Shown: in pieces, positions 56,414 through 64,000 of the stretch
Layout of the letters: every line of letters begins with the position of its first letter
Position numbering within the stretch: position 1 is the first letter of the stretch
IMG/VR virus record: IMGVR_UViG_3300033146_004974
Location: 1 to 64,000 of that record
Direction: 5' to 3' (one strand)
Length of the DNA: 64,000 bases
Origin: a virus
Notes under the pieces: generated by a model
Databases searched by the model: none
Told to the model about the DNA's origin: nothing
The model's input: the letters and a program-made list of their open reading frames with translations, nothing else
Program-made: the position numbers and the translations under genes

Positions 56414-56668
56414 ATGCGATTTAAATACTCCCCTTGGGGAAAAGTTCAACACTGTCATAAATTCTGTCGAGGAATTTATTCGGTTTCAACAGCGGGTCAT
56501 GGAGGAATTTATGTTTCTCCATCCTTGAACAAAAACATTCCAGAAGAATATAGAAATTCTTCTGGATGGTATGAAGAAGATTTAGAGGCGGCGATTCCTA
56601 TGTATTTCCTTAATTTGCCAAATGGCAAAAGTGCATGGGAATCGTATCAAAAGTTTTATCTAACTTGA
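56414..56668 (+). CDS. DUF7007-like protein
   Basis: SPWG.VQ..GI..VSTAGHGG..WYEED. Confidence 0.7.
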   Translation: MRFKYSPWGKVQHCHKFCRGIYSVSTAGHGGIYVSPSLNKNIPEEYRNSSGWYEEDLEAAIPMYFLNLPNGKSAWESYQKFYLT

Positions 56669-56688
56669 TTTCGAAAAGGAGTTCTCAT

Positions 56689-56919
56689 ATGTCAAGAGGG
56701 AAAATGTATATATTAGTCGATGATTCCCAGTGTGTGGGTTGTTATTCGGACTTGCACGAGGCTCGCAAGGTCCAAACGAGTCAGACATATCCTTGTCTAA
56801 TAAGGATAGGAAGATGTTCAAAAGAGATCGAACGTGGAGACTATGTATCTTTGGTGAGTGTAATATATGACCCAGCAGTAGGGAATATCCCATATTACAC
56901 TCATTACGCGAAGAAGTGA
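56689..56919 (+). CDS. hypothetical protein
   Basis: SD AAGGAG. Confidence 0.55.
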   Translation: MSRGKMYILVDDSQCVGCYSDLHEARKVQTSQTYPCLIRIGRCSKEIERGDYVSLVSVIYDPAVGNIPYYTHYAKK

Positions 56920-56922
56920 GGG

Positions 56923-56984
56923 GGCAAAGATTTTTTAATGAGTTGTGTATTCCCTTTTGTAAAACTCATTAAAAAATCTTTGCC
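56923..56984. repeat. perfect 22-bp inverted repeat with 18-nt spacer
   Basis: GGCAAAGATTTTTTAATGAGTT / AACTCATTAAAAAATCTTTGCC. Confidence 0.9.
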
Positions 56985-57061
56985 TACAAAGAAGATGAAA
57001 GATGTGAATTTCTTTTGTTTTCATTTGACTACAAAAATTCGCACATTGCAGGGATTTCAGC

Positions 57062-58420
57062 ATGAAAGTTGATGTCAAAAGAGTTGAAAACCAAGAGTTT
57101 CAAACCGCTTTGAAACTGATGAAAAAGGTTGAAGCGGAAGGGTATGAAATTCTTATTGTAGGAGGTTTTGTTCGAGATCTTCTTTTGGGAAGGAATTCTG
57201 ATGACATTGATTTGAGCACAAATTGCCCTGAAGATGTTTTGAGCACTCTTTTTGAAACATTTGACATCGGAAAATCCAAATCTTTTGGAATTTCCGTTGT
57301 CAAATTGAATGATTTTGTTTTTGAGGTTGCGCAGTTTCGCCAAGATATTTATGAAAGAATGGGCAAAGGAGCTTCTTTTGCAAAGGTTGTCAACTCTTTC
57401 AAAAGCGATGCTGCCAGAAGAGATTTTACGATCAATGCGTTAGGCTTGCGGAATGATGGGACAATCATAGACCATTTCGAAGGTCAAAAAGATCTTCGCC
57501 AAAAATGCGTCAAAGCAATAGGCGTTCCTGCGCAAAGATTTGAAGAAGATGTTGTCCGAATCTTGAGAGCAATTAGATTTTCTTCAAGATTGGGATTCAC
57601 CATCGAGGAGAAAACGTTGAAAGAGATTGAAAATTTCTCAAGCAAAATGAGTGCGGTCGCTTGGGAAAGAGTTTTGAAAGAGTTGAAAAAAATGGCTTCC
57701 GGGAATGGGACTCAGTTTGCGCACGCAATTGAATTGTTGGCAAAGACTGGTGTTCTCCGGGAGATTATTCCAGAGCTTCTGCAATTGCAAGGTTTGGAAC
57801 AAAATGCGGACCATCATCCTGAAGGAAATGTCTGGGAACATACCTTGGCAGCGTTAAAGTGTAGCAACTCCCAAAATCCTTTGGTGAATTTTGCGATTCT
57901 TTTTCATGACATTGGAAAGATTGGAACTCATTCAGATGAGAATGGGAAACACAGTTATCACGGTCATGAAAAAGAGTCGTCGAAGATGTTTCGAATGATT
58001 GCGAAACGTCTGAAGATGTCAAATTCTGACATTGAGGCAATCGATTTTGCGATCTTGAATCACATGAAGTTTCACAGAATCCCAGAAATGAAGTTGGGAA
58101 AAGTTGCGAAACTGATTGGTGATAAGAATTTTGAGGTTTTGCAAAAGGTTGCGGAAGCTGATACCAAATGCAGACTTCACGCATTTAAACCAGAATCTTG
58201 GCAAAAGGTTCAGGATAAGATTGGCAAAGCAAGTCAGAAAATGGATATTGCAAAAGATTTGCCATCCGTTTCTGGCAAAATGATCATGCAGATTTTGGGA
58301 ATTCCTCCCGGACCAAAAGTTGGGATTGTCAAAAAAGCTGTTGGCAACGAAATCCTTGAATTTGGAATGCCCCAAGATTTAGAAGGTTTGGTCAGGAGGA
58401 TTGGAAATGAAATTTCATAA
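57062..58420 (+). CDS. cca: tRNA nucleotidyltransferase (CCA-adding) with HD domain
   Basis: VGGFVRDLLLG..DIDL, DAARRDFTINA, EDVVRILRAIRF, HHPEG..HT, FHDIGK. Confidence 0.93.
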   Translation: MKVDVKRVENQEFQTALKLMKKVEAEGYEILIVGGFVRDLLLGRNSDDIDLSTNCPEDVLSTLFETFDIGKSKSFGISVVKLNDFVFEVAQFRQDIYERMGKGASFAKVVNSFKSDAARRDFTINALGLRNDGTIIDHFEGQKDLRQKCVKAIGVPAQRFEEDVVRILRAIRFSSRLGFTIEEKTLKEIENFSSKMSAVAWERVLKELKKMASGNGTQFAHAIELLAKTGVLREIIPELLQLQGLEQNADHHPEGNVWEHTLAALKCSNSQNPLVNFAILFHDIGKIGTHSDENGKHSYHGHEKESSKMFRMIAKRLKMSNSDIEAIDFAILNHMKFHRIPEMKLGKVAKLIGDKNFEVLQKVAEADTKCRLHAFKPESWQKVQDKIGKASQKMDIAKDLPSVSGKMIMQILGIPPGPKVGIVKKAVGNEILEFGMPQDLEGLVRRIGNEIS

Positions 58421-59378
58421 GTTTGATGGCATCAAAAATTCTATTCCAAAGGAAGTGGCTCGTTTGGTTAGAATATTCCGAAAAGACGGGATTGTTCTGG
58501 ACAATCAAACATGGATTGTGACAGAAAAGATCCATGGGACCAATTTGGGAGTTTATTACCTTCCATCGGAAGGGTTCAAGATCGCTTCAAGAAACGGTTT
58601 TACTGGCACAGGCTTTTTTGGTTCTCATGAAGTTATTATAAGAATCAAAGAACAAGTCAAAAAGCTTTGGGGGAACATTTGTGAGCCAGAAATCCCTTTA
58701 GTTTTGCATGGAGAACTCTATGGAGGATTCTTTGACGGCGTTTCAAAGAATCGAAGAGTTCAAAAAGGAGTTCAATACCGTTCCGACCATGGTTTTGCAA
58801 TCTTTGATGTGAGAATCGGGGATGAATTGCAAACATGGTCAGAAATGATTCCACGCCTTGAAGAAGTTGGGTTGGAATATCAACGAATTTTATTCACAGG
58901 AACTTTGAAACAATGTCTTGAATTTCCTGAAGAATTTGATTCGTTGAAACCAAAGGAGCTTGGGTTGGGAACTGATGAGCAAAACCTTGCTGAAGGAATT
59001 GTTCTAAAAACTGATAAGCCGATGTTTGCCAAAGATAGAAGGGCAATCTTGAAAAAAAAGAACAAAACATTTTCAGAACGAGCATGTAAAAAGGAGGCGA
59101 CGATCAAGTCTCAAAACGAGATCCCTGGAAGTGTTCTTCGCGAATTTCAAACCGTTGCGGAGTTTGTGACGTTGAATCGCTTGAGGAATGTCGTATCTCA
59201 TGTTGGATTCGATTCAATGAAGGATTTTGGCAAAGTCTTGAAAGAGTTCGTCGAAGATGTTATTTCAGATTATCTTGACGAAGAAGAGAGAGAAATCTGG
59301 GATGGAAGAATGAGAAAAATGTTGACAAGAGAATGCGCACTCTTGATGAAAGATTCTATTGAAAAAGATTTGATTTAA
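58407..59378 (+). CDS. RNA ligase, Rnl2 family
   Basis: TEKIHGTN, GELYG, FDV, AEGIVLK, KKKN..FSE, VTLNRLRNV.S. Confidence 0.92.
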   Translation: MKFHKFDGIKNSIPKEVARLVRIFRKDGIVLDNQTWIVTEKIHGTNLGVYYLPSEGFKIASRNGFTGTGFFGSHEVIIRIKEQVKKLWGNICEPEIPLVLHGELYGGFFDGVSKNRRVQKGVQYRSDHGFAIFDVRIGDELQTWSEMIPRLEEVGLEYQRILFTGTLKQCLEFPEEFDSLKPKELGLGTDEQNLAEGIVLKTDKPMFAKDRRAILKKKNKTFSERACKKEATIKSQNEIPGSVLREFQTVAEFVTLNRLRNVVSHVGFDSMKDFGKVLKEFVEDVISDYLDEEEREIWDGRMRKMLTRECALLMKDSIEKDLI

Positions 59379-59459
59379 TGGGGATTTGGATTCTGAATTG
59401 TTCCTGCTTGTTCCTGATTATCATCACCATCATCATCATAACCAGAAGGAGTTGAAAAA

Positions 59460-59690
59460 ATGACATTCCAACAGTGGAAAGAAGAGTTGAATGTTTACAT
59501 GCGACAAAGCCATTTGGGAATGACGTTAACAGAATTCCCAGAAATGGAAGTTGGGATGAGGGAGGCATTCACTTCTGGGAATTCCCCCGGCATTTTCTGG
59601 GAAAGTGAGTTGATCCCGATGCTTGAAGAAATGTTTGGACCATTGATGTCCGACTTTCTTAATGATGAAGAAGCTTGGGACATGGGATAA
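59460..59690 (+). CDS. hypothetical acidic protein
   Basis: SD AGGAG. Confidence 0.6.
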   Translation: MTFQQWKEELNVYMRQSHLGMTLTEFPEMEVGMREAFTSGNSPGIFWESELIPMLEEMFGPLMSDFLNDEEAWDMG

Positions 59691-59692
59691 AA

Positions 59693-60262
59693 ATGAGATG
59701 GATTGTTTTGGTTGGAGCAAATCGCTTTGAAAGAATTCGTCGTCTAAGAATTCTTAGCAAAGATGCTGAAAACTATTGTTATTTTCATGACAAGATTTTG
59801 AGACGAATGAAGGAGAACAATCCATTTTCGTATGAAAAGTGGCTATTCCGAGCTATTGAAAACGAAAGTCGTTACGGGAAGTTGACGGTTTTTATTGAAG
59901 AATTGGGCGATAATTTTTTGCCAGACGAGTTGATTGATTTTGTTCAACACTTGAAAAACGAACATCCAGAAATGAGAGTTATCATTTCGACAGATTCTCG
60001 TTTTCTTATGGCTCAAATGAGGAAGGAGGAATTGTTAATTGTCACCGATTCTGGAGTTAAACCATTCAAAATTGAACCTCGCTTGAGCTTGGCTTCTGAT
60101 TTTGACATGGAAATGTATCAAAAAACCGTTGCTAATTCATTGGCGAGGGATTTTCAAAGATTTAAATATCTTGAGCATTCAGCCGATGATATTGAGGGCT
60201 TCAAAGAGTTTTCAACCCTTCAAGAAAAACTTTTTCGCGAAGGGTTGTTGACCAAAAGGTGA
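59693..60262 (+). CDS. degenerate, miniaturised ABC-type ATPase (AAA_21/OLD-like)
   Basis: IVLVGANRFER (eroded Walker A), VFIEELGDNFLP (Walker B/D-loop), RVIISTDSRFL (H-loop, His to Asp). Confidence 0.6.
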   Translation: MRWIVLVGANRFERIRRLRILSKDAENYCYFHDKILRRMKENNPFSYEKWLFRAIENESRYGKLTVFIEELGDNFLPDELIDFVQHLKNEHPEMRVIISTDSRFLMAQMRKEELLIVTDSGVKPFKIEPRLSLASDFDMEMYQKTVANSLARDFQRFKYLEHSADDIEGFKEFSTLQEKLFREGLLTKR

Positions 60263-60266
60263 AAAA

Positions 60267-61250
60267 ATGTTGTGGGCAATTCTTTTTTTATACCTTTTGC
60301 CAGTTCCTTTTTATTTCATGAAGTTATATCAAGACTATCATGACCGAACAAATTCGGCCAGAAAAGACAAGGGGTGGCAAATCTTTTGGGAATCTTTAAA
60401 ATACCCAAAAGAAATTTGGAGAAATTTTAAGGAAAAAAGAATTGCCAAGAAATATATTATCCTCGAACTGAATGCGCCCAAAGAAGAGAGCAGGCAGTTT
60501 TTTGAGGAGTTTATGAGTGATAGGAGAAAAATGCGCAGCTATATGCACAAAAAAAATGCGCAATGGGTTCCTGTTGCTGTTGATCGGGGGTTTAAGATAA
60601 AATTCACTCCTCCTATGAACAAAGAAGAAAATGAATTGGCAATGTTTGTTGGATTATGTTATAAATTTTCGACAAATCATTGGGCAACAATTGTCGATTC
60701 GTTTGAAGCCTTTACAGACATGTTTGGAATCAAATTCCACAATGGAGATATTTTTCTTCAATATTTCTTTGCTTCTGCTTATTGGGAAAAATATGGTGAA
60801 CTTCCCGTGAATAAATTGCGGACATTTGCTGAAGTTTTGGAGATTGCCCTTCAAGCAAGTTTGTTTTGGAAATTCTGGGAAGAGATTTATTTCAGGCGAA
60901 TGATTCATTTGCCAAAAAGTGATTTAGCATTTTATCAAATGCACTTAATGTCCGCAAAATTCGTTTCAGCAGAATTTTATCAAGTTGCTGAAGAGGTGGT
61001 GGAATTTCTTCTTAATTATGAAGAAAAAAAAGAAGATGAATTGATCGAAGAAGAGGATGAATTGATCGAAGAAGAGGATGAATTGATCGAAGAAGAGGAT
61101 GAATTGATCGAAGAAGAGGATGAATATGAAGATGAATTGATCGAAGAAGAGGATGAATTGATCGAAGAAGAGGATGAATTGATCGAAGAAGAGGATGAAT
61201 TGATCGAAGAAGAGGATGAGGAGACATTTGATGACATCGTTGCTTATTAA
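60267..61250 (+). CDS. membrane-anchored protein with acidic repeat tail (paralog A)
   Basis: N-terminal TM; IALQASLFWKFW; (DELIEEE) repeats. Confidence 0.7.
   Translation: MLWAILFLYLLPVPFYFMKLYQDYHDRTNSARKDKGWQIFWESLKYPKEIWRNFKEKRIAKKYIILELNAPKEESRQFFEEFMSDRRKMRSYMHKKNAQWVPVAVDRGFKIKFTPPMNKEENELAMFVGLCYKFSTNHWATIVDSFEAFTDMFGIKFHNGDIFLQYFFASAYWEKYGELPVNKLRTFAEVLEIALQASLFWKFWEEIYFRRMIHLPKSDLAFYQMHLMSAKFVSAEFYQVAEEVVEFLLNYEEKKEDELIEEEDELIEEEDELIEEEDELIEEEDEYEDELIEEEDELIEEEDELIEEEDELIEEEDEETFDDIVAY
61035..61214 (+). repeat. perfect 21-bp tandem repeat, 4 + 4 units
   Basis: GATGAATTGATCGAAGAAGAG x4, GATGAATATGAA, x4. Confidence 0.95.
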
Positions 61251-61358
61251 TTTGTACATCTTTGGCGTTCTGATCAACATTGCATTTTGCAAGAACCTTT
61301 CGCCAATGATTTTAGTGCCATTTTATCCATCTGCAAAAGAAGTTTTTGGGAGAAGAGA

Positions 61359-62162
61359 ATGAGTCCATTTTCGTTTTTTGGTGCAATACTTTTGGCAAGC
61401 ATACTACTTTTCTTTTTAAACTTGATTCAAGTGCCATATAGCAAATTTGGCTATTGGCTTTTCATTCCTTTTGGGTATCTTTTCGCGTCCGAAAAGGAAG
61501 AAAAGGAGAGAATTGTATATGATTGCACTTTAGAAGTTGAAAAGTGGATAGCAGAACGTTTCATCAAAGAATATATGTTGCCTAAAAGCGCTGAAGATCC
61601 TGTTTTAAATTTTGTCAAAATTCGATGGCATTTTCCAAGTCCCAAAACGAATTTGGAAAAAGGAGTGTGGAATATCCTCGGATGGGAAATGGTTTTTGAA
61701 AATGACAAAAAGTACTTCACAACAGTTCAAGAAACTTTTTACAACTTTTATATAACATTTGTTAATGATTCTTCGCATTATGGTTTCGTGACACCAATTC
61801 TTACAATTTATTTTGTCCATTTGTGGTTGAAAGATCATAAAATTCCAGAAGAATTGTTTGTGACTAATGAAGAATTGACCAATATTGCCCTAAAATCAAA
61901 AATGTTCTGGAAGTTCTGGTACAAGCATGGAGTCAAAACATTTTTGGAAAAAGATTTGACATTGAATGATGTCAGATTTCTCAGAGAATTTTTACCACTT
62001 TCAAGGGGATTTGAGGAATTTGATGATGATGGCTGGGAGATAAAAATTTGGAGTCATCTTGAAGGAGCGGAAAGCATCATTGAAGATCTTTATCTCGAAG
62101 AGGCTTCGAAAAAGGAACAAGATTTGAAAGAAATTCCACTCAGGTTTATGATGAGTGAATGA
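61359..62162 (+). CDS. membrane-anchored protein (paralog B)
   Basis: N-terminal TMs; IALKSKMFWKFW matches paralog A. Confidence 0.7.
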   Translation: MSPFSFFGAILLASILLFFLNLIQVPYSKFGYWLFIPFGYLFASEKEEKERIVYDCTLEVEKWIAERFIKEYMLPKSAEDPVLNFVKIRWHFPSPKTNLEKGVWNILGWEMVFENDKKYFTTVQETFYNFYITFVNDSSHYGFVTPILTIYFVHLWLKDHKIPEELFVTNEELTNIALKSKMFWKFWYKHGVKTFLEKDLTLNDVRFLREFLPLSRGFEEFDDDGWEIKIWSHLEGAESIIEDLYLEEASKKEQDLKEIPLRFMMSE

Positions 62163-62204
62163 GATAAATATTACCAATTTCCATTCTACAAATTGAGGAA
62201 ATAT

Positions 62205-63170
62205 ATGAGTTTTATTATACCTCTTCAAGAGATTTTTGAAGAAGAAACCCCAGAAGAAATTCAGGGAATCATGAAAAACATTCCTCAAGAAGTTTTAAAC
62301 ATTTTGAGGGATGTTCCTCCAGAAGTCGAAACTAAAGAGCCTGCAAATAATGTTGACTCTTTGGTAAGACTTGCTAGCAAAAACGAATTGGATACGATTA
62401 GAGAAATACCGATCCCTGATTTAAATCCAAACTCATTGAACGCTGCGCTAAAAACATGTATTGCAAAAGATTATCGAGAGCTTTTTGAATATCTTTATGG
62501 TATTTTTAAGAAAACGCCAATTCATAGCAAGAAGACAAAGGTCAACGGATTGTTTGAATTTTCAGTCGCCCAAAATTCGATATATTTTGTCGAACTGTTA
62601 GCGAACAAACACAAATATCTTGATCCTTTCCCACCGATGAATCGCGCAATTTCTCATGGATTTGTTGATATTATCACAAAATTATTAAAAATTTTCCCAG
62701 AAATAGATAACATTTATGATTTTCAGAAATTTTTAACTCGTGCGATAAGGGATGATAATCTCATCTCCATCAAGTTTTTTTTGGATAAGGGTGCACTCAT
62801 TCATTCTGATGTTGATAAACCATTTTTGGAGGCGTCAAAATTTTCACCCAACTTCCTCAAATTCTTTTTTGAAAGCGGAGAAACAGTCCAGGAAGGAACA
62901 ATGCGGCAAGCCCTATTGAACGCAGTACATGAAGGTTATCCAGACATTGTTGAATTGCTTGTCAAAAATGGAGCCAGCCTAGAGGAAGAGGACTTAGAAT
63001 TCTTTTTCGAATATGATGGCGAAGATTTTTTTGATTATGTTCAAATCTTTATTGAAAATGGTTTAAGCCCTCGTGCACATGATGATTATTTTTTGAAGAT
63101 GGCTGTGGATCAATATGACACATTTATAATCAATTTTTTGCTTAGGGAGATTGCAAAAAATGATTTTTAA
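62205..63170 (+). CDS. ankyrin-repeat protein
   Basis: AISHGFVDIITKLL, AIRDDNLISIKFFLDKGA, AVHEGYPDIVELLVKNGA. Confidence 0.85.
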   Translation: MSFIIPLQEIFEEETPEEIQGIMKNIPQEVLNILRDVPPEVETKEPANNVDSLVRLASKNELDTIREIPIPDLNPNSLNAALKTCIAKDYRELFEYLYGIFKKTPIHSKKTKVNGLFEFSVAQNSIYFVELLANKHKYLDPFPPMNRAISHGFVDIITKLLKIFPEIDNIYDFQKFLTRAIRDDNLISIKFFLDKGALIHSDVDKPFLEASKFSPNFLKFFFESGETVQEGTMRQALLNAVHEGYPDIVELLVKNGASLEEEDLEFFFEYDGEDFFDYVQIFIENGLSPRAHDDYFLKMAVDQYDTFIINFLLREIAKNDF

Positions 63171-64000
63171 TATTTTGGAAGAAGCAGGGAGCTTGAAAGG
63201 CAATGCGCAAATCGAATTCCTCAAAAATCACCGAAGCAATGAAAGATTGCAGTTCTTTTTGGAAGTTGTTTGCACAGATGTCAGGTTAAAATGCAAATTT
63301 CCTTCTGCAACCTGCTGCAAAAATGCAGAAGAATTTGATGCAGAAGAAAGTTTGGAACAAGAAATGAGGAACGCAATTGCGAATTTGTTTGGGACCGATG
63401 AGTTGCGTTCGAGGTTGACGAATCTTGCAGAAAGGTCTACAAATTTTCAATTAAAGTGGATTAAAAGAATCTGGAACAAAAAGTTGAGAATAGGAATTGG
63501 CAAAAGAGTTTACGAGAAAGTGTGGGGAAAACCAAAAACAAATTTTTCTGTTTGTTTATGCAAAAAGTGGAAGGGGAAAGAATTTGCAACTGATGAATGG
63601 ATTGCTGAACCAAAATTGGACGGAGTTCGTTGCATAATCTTGATTGACCAAAACGGAAATGCTATTGCTAAATCAAGGAATGGCAAAGTGCTCCCTGGCG
63701 CGAAACATGTTGCACAAATTTTAGGACAAAAAGTTTCCAACATTGTTCTAGATGGAGAAATTGTTTACAAAGATTTCAGAACATCAGTTTCATTGGTCAA
63801 ATCTGAATCGAATTGGGAATCTTCAAAGCTGATTTTTCATGCGTTTGACGGAATGCCATATGATCTTTGGCCCCAAACTTGGGAGAAAGATATAAAATTC
63901 AGAAAAAGGTGGTTGCGTGAACAATTGAGCCAAGTTGATTCAAAGAATATTGAACTTGTTCCATCATTTTTGATTTCAGAAAAGGGGAGCGATTTTGATG
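63160..64000 (+). CDS. ATP-dependent DNA ligase, 3'-truncated by the window
   Basis: Translated by hand from ATG 63160: KLRIGIG, EPKLDGVRC (KxDG), SRNGK, LDGEI, FHAFD. Confidence 0.9.
   Translation, partial: MIFNILEEAGSLKGNAQIEFLKNHRSNERLQFFLEVVCTDVRLKCKFPSATCCKNAEEFDAEESLEQEMRNAIANLFGTDELRSRLTNLAERSTNFQLKWIKRIWNKKLRIGIGKRVYEKVWGKPKTNFSVCLCKKWKGKEFATDEWIAEPKLDGVRCIILIDQNGNAIAKSRNGKVLPGAKHVAQILGQKVSNIVLDGEIVYKDFRTSVSLVKSESNWESSKLIFHAFDGMPYDLWPQTWEKDIKFRKRWLREQLSQVDSKNIELVPSFLISEKGSDFD

Noticed and set aside
61035-61214. CRISPR array
   Set aside because: Head-to-tail 21-mers without spacers, in frame within a CDS.
931-63743. Minus-strand ORFs in the track
   Set aside because: All lie antisense to well-supported + strand genes, lack motifs and look like shadow ORFs.
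1-64000. Alternative genetic code (stop-codon reassignment)
   Set aside because: Long conserved genes are intact under the standard code and no suppressor tRNA is seen.

Overview
A 64-kb segment of a large, AT-rich, contractile-tailed (myovirus-type) bacteriophage genome. Essentially all credible genes are on the + strand. From left to right it holds: a tail/baseplate module (sheath, tube, chaperone with a probable +1 frameshift extension, tape measure, baseplate proteins); a minimal PolA-like polymerase; a ~560-bp non-coding region and tRNA-Lys; a degenerate tubulin-like gene and a gp32-like SSB; and a replication/nucleotide block (5'-3' exonuclease, DnaB helicase, tRNA(CAT), class II RNR, ThyX, GroES-like, DnaE, dUTPase). 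Next come a ClpP-like protease, an amidase and GroEL. A long accessory region follows, with tandem Cys-containing peptides, two radical SAM enzymes, an 'FVSNSSSSS' protein, MoxR/VWA, a phosphoesterase, a deaminase, a CCA-adding enzyme, an Rnl2 RNA ligase, a degenerate ABC-ATPase and an ankyrin protein. An ATP-dependent DNA ligase runs off the end. Best leads: a putative phage radical-SAM peptide/protein modification cluster (44.7-48.2 kb); a thumb-less, exonuclease-less PolA with an altered steric gate; a tRNA-repair/anti-defence toolkit with a possible ATPase decoy; two near-identical tRNAs with different anticodons; and a family of promoters with a fixed-spacing upstream element. All calls come from motif reading by eye, with no database searches.
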